A stretch of DNA of 63,999 bases, the filler included, from Planctomycetota bacterium (GTDB taxonomy: Bacteria > Planctomycetota > Planctomycetia > JALXBF01), in assembly GCA_026991575.1 (NCBI GenBank). It is 7 parts of 7 records of this genome, joined end to end, with 100 filler letters (N's around TTAATTAATTAA, not from the genome) between each part and the next. Parts side by side here need not be neighbours in the genome. Positions count along the whole stretch, not along the records: positions 1 to 23,302 come from JALXBF010000050.1; 6 more parts are not named here. One strand, written 5' to 3'. This document shows, in pieces, positions 1 through 10,240 of the stretch (position 1 is the first letter of the stretch; the number at the start of each line of letters is the position of its first letter). The translations under genes and the position numbers were made by a program. The notes beneath the pieces are model-generated. The model was not told the DNA's origin. It ran no database searches and worked only from the letters and a program-made list of their open reading frames with translations.

Positions 1-21
1 TTCTTGCGGGCGGCCGGCATG

Positions 22-1056
22 TTATTCGCTCCCCCGCCGACGACTGAGCGCCACGGCCGCGATGACCACAATGCCGACGATCATGCCTTCGTACATATCG
101 GCCTGGGTGTCGATGATCTTGGAGACTGCGTCGATGACGACCCGCAGGAAGAGCACGCCGAGGGCCACGCCTGTAATCCGGCCGACGCCGCCGGTCAGGC
201 TGCAGCCGCCGACGACGGCAGCGGCGATCGCGTTGAGCTCATAGCCCCGGGCTAGCTGTTCCGGAGCAGCAACGCCCTGGTCGGCCACGTAGATCATGCC
301 GGCTACGGCGCTGAGGACGGCGCTGAGCGTGTAGACGAACCATTTCAGGCGTGCGGTCGAGATGCCGCTTAGTCGGGCCGCCTCCTCGTTGCCTCCCATC
401 GCGTAGATGTGCCGGCCGAGGACGGTGAACCGCATCAGGAAGCCGCAGCCGGCGACGGCGAGCAAAAAGGTTGCCAACGGGATGAACTGGTTCTGCGCGA
501 TCACGCGGAAATTCCGGTCGAAGATGTCGATCTGGGTGCTGCCGAGGCTGGTGCCCAACATCAACGTTGTGACCCGCTCGGCGATGACCCGTGCCGCGCT
601 GCGCAGCCCGACCAGGCTGCCCAGGGTCGCGATGAACGGGGGCATGCGCAGGACGTTGATGAGCCAGGCGTGCAGCGTGCCGACGGCTACGCCGCTGAGC
701 AGGCCAGCCACCATGGCTGCGTACACAACCCACAGCGGCAGCGGCTCGGCGTCGCGCATCGCTTCCGGGGCAAGCAGGACCATGGTCGCCGCACAGATCG
801 TGCCGCTGAAGGCAATCATCGAACCGCTGGAGAGGTCGATGCCGCCGGAGATGATCACAATCGCGCTACCGAGCGAGAAGATCCCCAGCATGGCCGTCGA
901 ACGCAGCACCTCGCGCACGATCACGCCGGGGTTGGTCAAGTAAGCATGCTGAGCATCGAGAATCGCGGTGGCGACGACAACGACCGCGATCGCCAGCAGC
1001 AAACCGAATTCGTTGCGGCTGAAGAGGGCAAGTCGCCGTTTCACCAGTTTCCTCAA
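22..1056 (-). CDS. Sugar ABC transporter permease (RbsC-like)
   Basis: Multi-TM protein with GGIDLSSGS, GRHIYAMGGNEEAARLSGI and ELNAIAAAVVGG motifs; directly downstream of a binding-protein gene. Confidence 0.93.
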   Translation of the reverse strand: MRKLVKRRLALFSRNEFGLLLAIAVVVVATAILDAQHAYLTNPGVIVREVLRSTAMLGIFSLGSAIVIISGGIDLSSGSMIAFSGTICAATMVLLAPEAMRDAEPLPLWVVYAAMVAGLLSGVAVGTLHAWLINVLRMPPFIATLGSLVGLRSAARVIAERVTTLMLGTSLGSTQIDIFDRNFRVIAQNQFIPLATFLLAVAGCGFLMRFTVLGRHIYAMGGNEEAARLSGISTARLKWFVYTLSAVLSAVAGMIYVADQGVAAPEQLARGYELNAIAAAVVGGCSLTGGVGRITGVALGVLFLRVVIDAVSKIIDTQADMYEGMIVGIVVIAAVALSRRRGSE

Positions 1057-1071
1057 GCTGCACCGACTGGA

Positions 1072-2205
1072 CTACGAACCGGTCAGGCCGTGCTCGTCGA
1101 GCCAGGCCTTGAACTGCTTCAGCGTCATGAACTCGACGTTTTCCCCGAACATCTCTGGTCGTAGCGGCGAACTCTCATCCGGCACGACCACCTTGATCCC
1201 CGTGTCAAGGATGTCGCCATCAGGCTGACCGTAGTTCGGGAACAGCTCCCGGATGGTGGCCTGGTCGTTCTCGTACAGTGCTTTCAGCAGTTTGATGCCC
1301 AGATAACCCATTTTGTACGGGTTCTGCACCACCATGACGTCGACGTAGCCCTCCTCCATGGCCTGGATCGTCAGCGGTTCCGCATCGAAGACGGCCACCA
1401 GCACGCGGTCGCGGATGCCTTCCTCCTTGACCACATCCACAATCGCTGGGGCGTTATAGGACCAGATACCCACGAGCACGTTCACGTCCGGATGGTTGCG
1501 GATCGCGTTCCGCACGTTGTCTCGAGCTCGTGTCCGATCCGTGTCATCTGCCATGTGGTCAGCTGCTTCGAACTTCGGCCCAACCCCCTTGGCTACGCCG
1601 GCGATCCGTTCGCGGGCGTTCTGAGCAGCAGCAATGCCAACGAAGGTCACGTACTTGCCCCCTTCGGGCTTCAGGTGTCGAATAGCGATCCCGAGTGCTT
1701 CCCCTGCCTTAAAGTTGTCCGTGCCAACGAAAGCGAATCGGGCGTCGCGGAACAGCTTCCGGTCCACGTCCGAATCAATCGTCACGACATGGACACCGGC
1801 CTCCTGCAAAGCATGCATCTCGTCGATAACGCCTGCGGCACGTGCCTGCGTGACGCTGATGCCTACACCGACGACGTCATTCAGCGTGCGGATCTGACGG
1901 AGCCGCTCCACCTGACCACCGGGGGTCCCGTCATTGACGACCAGATCCACCCGGATGCCCAGCTCTTTGCCCGCGTCCACCATGCCCACACGAACGGCAT
2001 CCCAGAACGGCGAGTTGCCGTTTGTCATCAGCTGATAGCGTGGTTCAACCCCTTCGGGCGGTTTTCGAGGCGTGGCGACATAGTAGCCGGCGGGTTGCTG
2101 ATCGGCCTGCCCGCCTGAGTCCGTGCCCTGAGAACTACAACCGCTGGCCAGCGTGACCAGCAGCGCCAACAGCAGCGCGAACGGCGACCAACGTCGGTGC
2201 ACCAT
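1072..2205 (-). CDS. Sugar ABC transporter substrate-binding lipoprotein
   Basis: Lipobox LASGC; SPFWDAVRVG, VTIDSD, FVGTDNFKAG and VVQNPYKMGY motifs of the RbsB-like family. Confidence 0.9.
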   Translation of the reverse strand: MVHRRWSPFALLLALLVTLASGCSSQGTDSGGQADQQPAGYYVATPRKPPEGVEPRYQLMTNGNSPFWDAVRVGMVDAGKELGIRVDLVVNDGTPGGQVERLRQIRTLNDVVGVGISVTQARAAGVIDEMHALQEAGVHVVTIDSDVDRKLFRDARFAFVGTDNFKAGEALGIAIRHLKPEGGKYVTFVGIAAAQNARERIAGVAKGVGPKFEAADHMADDTDRTRARDNVRNAIRNHPDVNVLVGIWSYNAPAIVDVVKEEGIRDRVLVAVFDAEPLTIQAMEEGYVDVMVVQNPYKMGYLGIKLLKALYENDQATIRELFPNYGQPDGDILDTGIKVVVPDESSPLRPEMFGENVEFMTLKQFKAWLDEHGLTGS

Positions 2206-2316
2206 GAGTCACTCCTCGAGGACTGCCCGTACCCGGCGGCCCGTCGGTTCCATTTCAGGCACACAACGCGGTGCACACCGGCCTTCCGACGGACCGACCA
2301 CGAACGACCTGCCTGA

Positions 2317-3489
2317 TCAGCTGATTCTATCCGCCGGGTCGTCGCCCACCGCGTCGATGACCCCGCCCCCCAGCACGCGGTCACCCTCATAGAAGACAGC
2401 AGCCTGCCCGGGTGTGATCGCCGCCTGCGGCTCGTCGAACATGACCGTCACGGCAGCACCATTGTCGCAGTGCAACGTAGCAGATGCCGGCCGATGATTG
2501 TACCGGATCTGCACGTCACATCTCAGCGATCCGTTCGGGGGAGGGATCAGCCAGTTCACCTGGGCCACAGTCATGCTGCGACGGTACAGCAGGTGCTTCG
2601 GGCCGATAACGACACGGCGTGTCTGCGGCTCGATGCGAAGCACGTAGCGCCGGCTCCCTACAGCGACCCCCAATCCCTTACGCTGGCCGATCGTGAACCG
2701 CTCATATCCGTCATGGTGGCCGACCACGCCGTGCTCGACATCGACGATCTCTCCCGAAGTGTCCATGCCAGGGCGGTATCGGCGAATAAAGGCAAAGTGA
2801 TCGTTGTCTGGTACAAAGCAGATCTCCTGGCTGTCTGGCTTGTCGGCCACGCGCAGTCCCAGCCGGCGCGCAAACTGGCGGATCTCCGTCTTCCGGTAAC
2901 GGCCTACCGGAAACAGCACCCGGTCCATCCGCTCACGTGGCAGACCAAAGAGCACGTACGACTGGTCCTTGTCCCGGTCGACGCCCCGCATCAGCCAGTA
3001 CGGTGAGCGGTGGTCGTCAGGACGGTGTTCGATGCGAGCATAATGCCCGGTGGCAACGTACGTTGCGTCCACGGCACCGGCATACTGCCACAGCGAACCG
3101 AACTTAATCCAGTGGTTGCAGAACACGCACGGATTCGGCGTGCGGCCCGCCCGGTATTCCTCCACGAAGTAGTCCATAATGCGGCGGAAATCACGCTCGA
3201 AATCCAGCGCGTAGAACGTGATCCCGAGCCTGTCGGCCACCCGACGGGCATCATAGGCATCGGCCGCACTACAACATCCCTGGCGTGCCCGACCGCCGTT
3301 GCTGCCCTGGCCGACGACCGGCAATCGTCGGATGTCGGTGGCAGCCGCGTCGCAGGCAGAGGCGGGCAACACAGCTCCGTTGCGCATAAACACCCCGATG
3401 ACCTCGTAGCCCTGCTCACGCAGCAGCCACGCGGCCACGGAGCTGTCAACCCCACCGCTCATTGCTACCAGGACGCGCTCGCGTGCCAT
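2317..3489 (-). CDS. mnmA: tRNA 2-thiouridine synthase MnmA
   Basis: AMSGGVDSSV PP-loop, GRTPNPCVFCN, ATGHYA, KDQSY, DSQEICF and FTIGQRKGLG motifs. Confidence 0.97.
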   Translation of the reverse strand: MARERVLVAMSGGVDSSVAAWLLREQGYEVIGVFMRNGAVLPASACDAAATDIRRLPVVGQGSNGGRARQGCCSAADAYDARRVADRLGITFYALDFERDFRRIMDYFVEEYRAGRTPNPCVFCNHWIKFGSLWQYAGAVDATYVATGHYARIEHRPDDHRSPYWLMRGVDRDKDQSYVLFGLPRERMDRVLFPVGRYRKTEIRQFARRLGLRVADKPDSQEICFVPDNDHFAFIRRYRPGMDTSGEIVDVEHGVVGHHDGYERFTIGQRKGLGVAVGSRRYVLRIEPQTRRVVIGPKHLLYRRSMTVAQVNWLIPPPNGSLRCDVQIRYNHRPASATLHCDNGAAVTVMFDEPQAAITPGQAAVFYEGDRVLGGGVIDAVGDDPADRIS

Positions 3490-3726
3490 CGTCTAATTAT
3501 GAGCCCGCCGGACCGCCTTGTCGTTGACGGGGTAATCGGATAACACCTCAAGCCAACCGGCCGGCTTTCCAGCCTTTAGTGCCGCAATCGCCCGCAACGT
3601 TCCCGACCGAGCGGTCCCAATGGGACGCCGTACGCAAGAGCCGGGAACAACCGAAGCCGGCAGCGGCCGAAAGCTTCGTATCGTTGTGCGCGGTCAGGGC
3701 AAGGGACGTCCCGGACATACTCGGAA

Positions 3727-4749
3727 GTGATCGGACGCTCAGCCATTATCGCCGTCGATCTTGGCAGTTGCTTCACTCGGTTGGCCAGGCCCGGCGACGG
3801 ACCTGTTGCTGAAGGGCCGAGCGTTGTTGCCGGAAAGCCGGTCGGCCGCCGGCAGCGGTTCCGGCCGCTTGCGGCCGGCCACCGCGCCGTCGAGCTCCTG
3901 CGATACGCACCCGAGGGCTGGCTGGCACGCCGGCCAGTCCGACACGGCCTCGTGACGGACCCAGCATTGGCTGCTTACCTCTTGAGGGTTCTGCTGGCCG
4001 AGGCAGGCTTGCGCTGGCGAGTCCGCCAACCGGTGGCCGTGACGGCAGCCGGCGAAGCTGCCGGTCCGGCGGCGGGCCGATTGCTGGCCGAAGCGCTGCG
4101 AGCGGCCGGCTTCGGCGCCGTGTACCTGGTGCCGCTGACACTGGCCGCGGCACTTGGCAGTCCGTTTCCCGCAAGCGAAGCTTCCGGCGCCGCAGTCGTC
4201 CACGTGGGAGCCGCTGGCACGGAGGTTGGCATCGTGTCATCGGGCATGGCCCAGCACATCGCCTGCGTCGCGATCGGAGGAGAAGCCTACACAGAAGCAG
4301 TTGCGGCAGCGGCCGCTGAGGAGGTAGGGCTGCGGATTTCACTGGCCGAGGCCGACCGGATCAAGGCAACGCTCGGGATGTTGCCGCCTGACGGACATGT
4401 TGCCTTGGTTGGCATGGACAGCGGCACTGGCCTGCCGGCCACGCGGACCGTTGATGTCCAACGCCTTCTGGAACGGATACGACCGTTGAACGAGCAACTT
4501 GGCCGGTCCGTGCGGGCTGCGCTGCGGGGATTGTCGGCTGAGCTGGCAGCCGACGTTTGCCAGAACGGCATTCTGCTGACCGGGGGTGGCGCTGCGGTGC
4601 CGGGACTGCGCGACGCCATCGCAGAACAGACCGGACTTGCAGCGCGATTGGCCGAGCGGCCGGACCATGCGGTCATCAGGGGACTGTCGCTCTGTGCCCG
4701 AGATGTGGACCTGTGGAACCGACGGCTTTCGGTTGAGCAGGCGGCGTGA
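3727..4749 (+). CDS. mreB: Divergent MreB-like actin-family protein
   Basis: IAVDLGS, RPVRHGLVTD, LAAALG, AELAADVCQNGILLTGGGA pattern of MreB; immediately upstream of PBP2; several nucleotide-binding residues are substituted. Confidence 0.8.
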   Translation: MIGRSAIIAVDLGSCFTRLARPGDGPVAEGPSVVAGKPVGRRQRFRPLAAGHRAVELLRYAPEGWLARRPVRHGLVTDPALAAYLLRVLLAEAGLRWRVRQPVAVTAAGEAAGPAAGRLLAEALRAAGFGAVYLVPLTLAAALGSPFPASEASGAAVVHVGAAGTEVGIVSSGMAQHIACVAIGGEAYTEAVAAAAAEEVGLRISLAEADRIKATLGMLPPDGHVALVGMDSGTGLPATRTVDVQRLLERIRPLNEQLGRSVRAALRGLSAELAADVCQNGILLTGGGAAVPGLRDAIAEQTGLAARLAERPDHAVIRGLSLCARDVDLWNRRLSVEQAA

Positions 4750-4767
4750 ACTCGGGGAGAAAGGAGG

Positions 4768-6753
4768 GTGGCGAACGAACGGAGGCAGGCCAAATCAGTG
4801 CTTCCCGCGGTACGGCTGCGGCTGCTGCGGCTTGCCGTTCTGCTGGCTGCCATCGCGATTCTGGCCCGCCTGGTGCACCTGCAGTGGGTTGTCGGACCGT
4901 TGCTCGAGGCACGGCATGGCGAACTGGTCGTTCGCACGCGCTGGCTGGAGCCCCGCCGAGGAACGATCCGTTTTCGTGATGGATCGGTGGCGGCACAGTC
5001 GGACAGTCGTGTGGTGATTGCTGTTCATTACCGAGCATTAGAACGGCCGATCCGTGACAGTTGGCTGCGTGATCTGGCGGCGGAAGCGGCGGCGGTCGGC
5101 GAGGCTGCCGACCACGAAGCACTGAGAAGGCAAGTGCTGGAACTGCTGCCCACGCTGGCACGGTTGACCGGCAGGCCTCTGCGCCAGCTCGAAGCTCGGG
5201 CAAGCGCAATCCGCATGAGGGTGGCCAGGATTCGGGCAGCCGTGCTGGCACGGCGACGCAAGAAGGTCACTCAGCATGCGATCGCCCCCCCCAGAAACTG
5301 GCTGACCCGCCTTGCGGCCCTCTTTGCCGATGCCCAGCCCCGGGTGCCGCGGGCAGATGAGCTGATCATCAAGGAGGAGACGTGGTACTACCCGATTGTG
5401 ACATTCTCTGACCACAGCAATGCGCTGGCGCTCGTGTCGCGCCTTGGTCAGCTTCCGGGTGTCCGGCTTGAGGTCCACAGCCGTCGTCGCTACGTGCAGG
5501 GCACGGTGGCGGCGCACGTGATCGGCTACGTGGCGCGGAGTCGGCCGCGGGGCAGCGGCCGGCGGCGGTCGTTTCGAGGGATAGCCGGTGTCGAGGCCGC
5601 CTATGACCGGGTGCTGGCGGGCAGACCAGGCTGGTTGTACGAGCGGCGGGTGGGCGCGAGAAGCTATCGGGTTGCCGGCGGCCACGCGCCGGAACCGGGG
5701 CAGGAGGTCCGCTTGACGCTGGACCTGCGCTTGCAGCGGCTGGCGGAGCGGGCGCTGGCTGAGGTGTGTCGCAGCGGACAGGCGGCTTCCGGCACGATCG
5801 TGCTGATGCACGCGGAAACCGGGCGAGTGCTGGTTGCAGCAAGCTGGCCGAGCTACGACCCAAATCTCGCCCTACGAGGGGGGACTGCGTGGCAGCGACT
5901 CGTTCACGCGTCGCACGCCCCGTTGTTGGCTCGTTTCCATCAGATGGCTCTGCCCCCTGGCTCGCTGTTCAAAACGATCGTGGCAGTGGCAGCGCTGGAG
6001 AACGGGGTCATCACACCGGAAGACACGATACGCTGTCGGGGCTACTACGGCACGGATCCTGGGCGCTTTCGGTGTTGGGTTGCTGAAACCGGGGGCGAGC
6101 ACGGGCTGCTACGCGTGCATGAGGCGCTGGCTGAATCATGCAATCCGTTCTTTCTTGAGCTGGCGGTCCGGCTCGGACCAAGCCGGTTGCTGGCGGCAGC
6201 CCGTCAGTTTGGTCTGGGGGCGGCAACCGGGATCGACCTGCCGGGCGAACAGCATGGCCGCCTGCCCCGGTTCGGCCTTGCTGACAGCGATCCACCGGTG
6301 GAGCTGTTGAACTTCGGAATCGGGCAGGGGAAGCTACTGGTGACGCCGTTGCAGGTTGCCTGCTGGATGGCTGCAGTAGTTAACGGCGGCTACCTTGTCA
6401 GGCCTTCGGTGACCGGTCAGCGGCTGCCGCTGCGACGCCCCGTTGGCGTTGCAGCGGAATCGCTCCGTGTGGTGGCCGACGCGATGGTGCTGGCGGTTCG
6501 GTCGCCACGCGGCACAGCCCATCGAGCGCTGCATGGGGCGCGTGTTACGACGGGCGCGAAAACGGGGACCGCAGAAGCCGGCAACGGCAAAGTCGCGCAC
6601 GCCTGGTGCGCGGCGTTCTTTCCGGCCGAGCGACCACGGTGGGTCGCGGTTGTCTGTCTGGAGCATGGGGGGCATGGAGGGGATAACGCGGCGCGGCTGA
6701 TTCGGGAACTGGCCGAGGCCGCGCTGCCGCGGCTGGCAGCACTACCGCCGTGA
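4768..6753 (+). CDS. Class B penicillin-binding protein (PBP2/MrdA-like)
   Basis: N-terminal TM, PRRGTI, AAHVIGYV, LTLDLRLQ; catalytic SxxK (GSLFK), SxN (SCN) and KTG (AKTGTA). Confidence 0.92.
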   Translation: MANERRQAKSVLPAVRLRLLRLAVLLAAIAILARLVHLQWVVGPLLEARHGELVVRTRWLEPRRGTIRFRDGSVAAQSDSRVVIAVHYRALERPIRDSWLRDLAAEAAAVGEAADHEALRRQVLELLPTLARLTGRPLRQLEARASAIRMRVARIRAAVLARRRKKVTQHAIAPPRNWLTRLAALFADAQPRVPRADELIIKEETWYYPIVTFSDHSNALALVSRLGQLPGVRLEVHSRRRYVQGTVAAHVIGYVARSRPRGSGRRRSFRGIAGVEAAYDRVLAGRPGWLYERRVGARSYRVAGGHAPEPGQEVRLTLDLRLQRLAERALAEVCRSGQAASGTIVLMHAETGRVLVAASWPSYDPNLALRGGTAWQRLVHASHAPLLARFHQMALPPGSLFKTIVAVAALENGVITPEDTIRCRGYYGTDPGRFRCWVAETGGEHGLLRVHEALAESCNPFFLELAVRLGPSRLLAAARQFGLGAATGIDLPGEQHGRLPRFGLADSDPPVELLNFGIGQGKLLVTPLQVACWMAAVVNGGYLVRPSVTGQRLPLRRPVGVAAESLRVVADAMVLAVRSPRGTAHRALHGARVTTGAKTGTAEAGNGKVAHAWCAAFFPAERPRWVAVVCLEHGGHGGDNAARLIRELAEAALPRLAALPP

Positions 6754-6848
6754 TCCACGTCGTCGGTCAGTTGGCGGGAGGACCGATCGTGCAGGGGTAG
6801 CCGGTGCGACGCAAACGGGCCGTGTGCGCATGAAGCACCGATGCCCGG

Positions 6849-7085
6849 CTAGCCAAGCCGCAATGGTGGGGGTAGGATGCCGAGCCGTTCCGAAAGCGGT
6901 GCTCTGTGGAGCCACGCGGTCGGGTTCACGGTCCAGTTGTACTCACTCAGTTCGAGGACAAACAACAGAATGCCGATCAATAGCGCCACCACGGCCAGGA
7001 TCAGCAGCGCCGTGTAGACATCCATCCCGGGTTTGCGGACGGCGATCCGTTTACTCCCCGGTTCCGGTGAGGTAGGTAGCGACAT
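6849..7085 (-). CDS. Small single-pass membrane hypothetical protein
   Basis: 78 aa with one clear hydrophobic helix (VYTALLILAVVALLIGILLFVL); overlaps the end of the upstream gene. Confidence 0.65.
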   Translation of the reverse strand: MSLPTSPEPGSKRIAVRKPGMDVYTALLILAVVALLIGILLFVLELSEYNWTVNPTAWLHRAPLSERLGILPPPLRLG

Positions 7086-7905
7086 GGTCTCCGACCTCGA
7101 TGCGGCCCTGTTTCATCTCCGGTAACACACGCGCCACGGCGTGGTCTTCGCTAGCCTCGACGATTTCGATCATGCCCAGATACTTGCCGGTCCGCTCCCG
7201 GTACACGTGCAACCGGTGTCCCGGCACGATCTGGTCGTCGGTGCCAATGGAGATTTTCAGGTAGCGGTTCTGCTTGTCGACTTCCAGCACGACCCCTTCT
7301 ACGTGGGGGGGCTGTTGCAGCAGCGCTACGTGGCGTGCCTCGGTGGGCAGACCGTGCTGCACGAGAATGGCGGTCAGCTCCGCGATTCGTTTCTGCAGGT
7401 TCTTGTTTCGCTCCTGGGCGACTTCCAGTTCGCCCTGCAGTTCGATCAGTTTCTGCTGGGCTTCGAACGCTTCACGCACCGCACGGTCCTTGTCGTCCAG
7501 GACGACACGAAGATTCTGCCGCAGCGTCTCGACTTCTCGACGCCGTGCCTGGATTTCCTGCACCAGCATCACATTCTCGGCGTTGGCCGTCTCGGCACGC
7601 TTCCGCTCCTGCTGGTAGGCGGACAGGAGCTGCCGCATGGTTTGCTGCTGGTTGCGCAGCTCTTCCTGGGCGCGCGCGAGCTGGTCGGCCAGTTTCTTGC
7701 GTGCTTCGTCGTACTGCAGCGTCAGCTCATCGCGCTGCTTCTTCAGATCGTTGATCTCGCGCTGCAACTTGGCGATCTGCTGGCTCTGCTGCTGCGCTTT
7801 TTCACGCCAGTTCGTCTGCGCGCTGTAGACCACGATCGCCAGGCTCATGAACACCAGGCTGAGCGCAGTGATGACGACGGTCAGAATCTTGCCGACAAGC
7901 GTCAC
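7051..7905 (-). CDS. Membrane-anchored coiled-coil hypothetical protein with C-terminal beta domain
   Basis: N-terminal TM, long Q/E/K/R heptad region, C-terminal VEGVVLEVD...ISIGTDD...GRIEVGDHV; coding-like codon use. Confidence 0.8.
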   Translation of the reverse strand: MTLVGKILTVVITALSLVFMSLAIVVYSAQTNWREKAQQQSQQIAKLQREINDLKKQRDELTLQYDEARKKLADQLARAQEELRNQQQTMRQLLSAYQQERKRAETANAENVMLVQEIQARRREVETLRQNLRVVLDDKDRAVREAFEAQQKLIELQGELEVAQERNKNLQKRIAELTAILVQHGLPTEARHVALLQQPPHVEGVVLEVDKQNRYLKISIGTDDQIVPGHRLHVYRERTGKYLGMIEIVEASEDHAVARVLPEMKQGRIEVGDHVATYLTGTGE

Positions 7906-8555
7906 GCTTGTGTCTCCCTGATAGCTTGCTCGGGATCCGAACCAGCGTTACGGTGCGGACCAACGCGCCCGCTGCGGTGCGCCCGCAAGAGCGGCTCACG
8001 CAGCACAGGGCGTACCGGACCCCATCCTGGAAGTGTACGTCACTGACCTTCCTGGTACGCGCCCGCCACGTCCAAATTTTGAACGCTGCGGGCTCGGCTG
8101 TCAACAAGCACCCTGGATCCCGTCCGCTGTGCATCTGCGGCCAAGAAGGCTGAAACGAATGTTACTTTACTCTGGAACATGCGAACTCGCAAGGCCATAC
8201 GGGCCATAGCGGTGCTGCCGCCTGGAACACCACCGCGGCCACGCTCCGCCTGCCATGCTGTACGCCGCGGACGGTCGTCGGGGCGTGGCAGGGCCCGGAG
8301 CTGCCCGGTCCTTGGGGGCGCCGGCGGCGCCGCTGGGCACGTGCCGGAAAAAGCTGGACGCGGTTCTCCGGCCACGGTAAGCTAGACGGGTGGGAAACGA
8401 CCGGAGCTTTCCGGTCCACAATTGGCGTGGAACACGCGTACAGCCCTGGTCTGATCTCCGGGATTGCGCTGACCGAATGGTGTCACATCATCAAGGAGCA
8501 TGCGTCAGCAAGGGCAACGCAGTTGTCGGAGACTGACCGGCGGGGAGGCCCAACC

Positions 8556-8990
8556 GTGGCACGAAACGGGAAGAGCGGCTACAAGAACGGCCGGTCAGTG
8601 GTCTGGTTCGGGAAGGAGACGGTGGCCGTGGAAGCGGAAGCTTTTCGGTTCAAACCGATCGGCGGCATGTTGGTGGTGTATCCTCCCAGGGGACTGGAGG
8701 ATCTGGACGAGGCGCTGACGAAAACGGTGGCCTCTCTGCTGGATCAGCAGCTCGAAGGGACCGAAGAGCCGACGGTGATTGTTGACCTCTCCGGGATCGA
8801 CTACTTCGGGTCCATCTTCATTTCGCTCCTGCTGCGCTTCTGGGCTAGGGTGAGACCGCGCGGTGGCACGATGGTCCTCTGCGGGGCGTCACCCGCTGCA
8901 CAGGAGCTCTTGCGGCTGACGGCGCTGGATACGCTGTTCCCGCTATATGACACGGTCGAAGAGGCGATCTCGGCACTGAGCCTCGACTGA
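8556..8990 (+). CDS. STAS-domain anti-sigma-factor antagonist
   Basis: VIVDLSGIDYFGS, GGTMVLCG, LRLTALDTLFPLYDTVEEA; GGAGG RBS before the GTG at 8556. Confidence 0.88.
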   Translation: MARNGKSGYKNGRSVVWFGKETVAVEAEAFRFKPIGGMLVVYPPRGLEDLDEALTKTVASLLDQQLEGTEEPTVIVDLSGIDYFGSIFISLLLRFWARVRPRGGTMVLCGASPAAQELLRLTALDTLFPLYDTVEEAISALSLD

Positions 8991-9013
8991 GGGCTGGTTC
9001 GGCGCCGGCGGCC

Positions 9014-10198
9014 TCAGCGTACGGTAAGCATGCGCTCCAAAGCGACGCGTGCCCAGTGCGCGATGGGCTCGGGTACACGAATGACATTGACCGGTGTCCC
9101 GCGTAGCAGATTCTCCAGTGCCCAGCAGAGGTGGGGCAGGTCGATCCGGTACATCGTCGCGCACATACACACCATAGGTGACAGGAAGTGAATCTCCTTG
9201 TCCGGGTGCTCTTTCTTAAGCCGGTTCACCAGGTGTAGTTCCGTACCGATCGCCCAGCAACTCCCCGGCGGCGCGTCCTTGATGGTGCGAATGATATACT
9301 CCGTCGATCCCACGTAATCGGCCGCGTCCACGACCTCCATGCGACATTCCGGATGGACCAGGATCTTGATGCCCGGGAACCGCCGACGGAACAGCTCGAC
9401 GTGCTCCGGGCGGAACATCTGGTGGACGCTGCAGTGGCCCTTCCACAGCAGGATCCGTGCGCGTTGGAGCTGCTGGGGGGTATTTCCTCCCAGCGGCAGG
9501 CCTGGCTGCCAGAGTGCCATCTCTTCGAGCGGGATTCCCATGGCCCGTGCGGTGTTGCGGCCCAGGTGCTGATCGGGGAAGAACAGCACCCGGGGCCGGC
9601 GGGCAAAAGCCCACTGCAGTGCAGCCCGGGCGTTGCTGCTGGTGCAGACCAGGCCGCCGTGCTCGGCACAGAATGCTTTCAGTGAGGCTGCCGAGTTGAT
9701 GTAGGTGACCGGCAGGACTTCCTTGTCCGGTTCGTAAACTTCCGAGAGCTGATCCCAGCAGTCCTCGACCTGGTCGATGTCGGCCATATCGGCCATCGAG
9801 CAGCCGGCTGCCATATCGGGCAGCACAACCGTTACCCATTCTCGATCCTTACCATACGTTTCGCGACGCCGGCTTCGGCGTTGGGGGGCGTTGGCAAGGA
9901 TATCGGCTGTTTCGGCCATGAAATGCACGCCGCAGAAGACGATGTAGCGGCAGTTCTCGCGCTGCGCGGCCAACCGCGACAGCTTGTAGCTGTCGCCGGT
10001 CAGGTCGGCGAACTGAATCACCTCGTCCTGCTGGTAGTGGTGACCGAGGATGACGAGGTCTTCGGCCAGTGTTTCTTTCGCGGCCCGGATCCGGTCCACG
10101 AGCGTGCCGACGGCCAGTTCGCGGTATGGCTCGAACGGCAACGGCTCGGTCCGCGTGTCCCGTTCGACGGTGGCCATGGATCGTCTGCTCCGTGCCAA
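9014..10198 (-). CDS. nadA: Quinolinate synthase
   Basis: ILGHHYQ, GDSYKLS, FCGVHFMAET, AGCSMADMA, TYINS, CTSSNA, HPEC and CMCATM motifs. Confidence 0.96.
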   Translation of the reverse strand: MARSRRSMATVERDTRTEPLPFEPYRELAVGTLVDRIRAAKETLAEDLVILGHHYQQDEVIQFADLTGDSYKLSRLAAQRENCRYIVFCGVHFMAETADILANAPQRRSRRRETYGKDREWVTVVLPDMAAGCSMADMADIDQVEDCWDQLSEVYEPDKEVLPVTYINSAASLKAFCAEHGGLVCTSSNARAALQWAFARRPRVLFFPDQHLGRNTARAMGIPLEEMALWQPGLPLGGNTPQQLQRARILLWKGHCSVHQMFRPEHVELFRRRFPGIKILVHPECRMEVVDAADYVGSTEYIIRTIKDAPPGSCWAIGTELHLVNRLKKEHPDKEIHFLSPMVCMCATMYRIDLPHLCWALENLLRGTPVNVIRVPEPIAHWARVALERMLTVR

Positions 10199-10240
10199 GT
10201 GGGCATGCTTCGCTGAATTCTACGGCTGGAGCAGATCCGG

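Noticed and set aside
7906..8555. Long intergenic region with hairpin GACCGGA-GCTT-TCCGGTC as a possible riboswitch
   Set aside because: Could not match the conserved cores of c-di-GMP, cobalamin, TPP, SAM or FMN riboswitches by eye; an Rfam scan would settle it.
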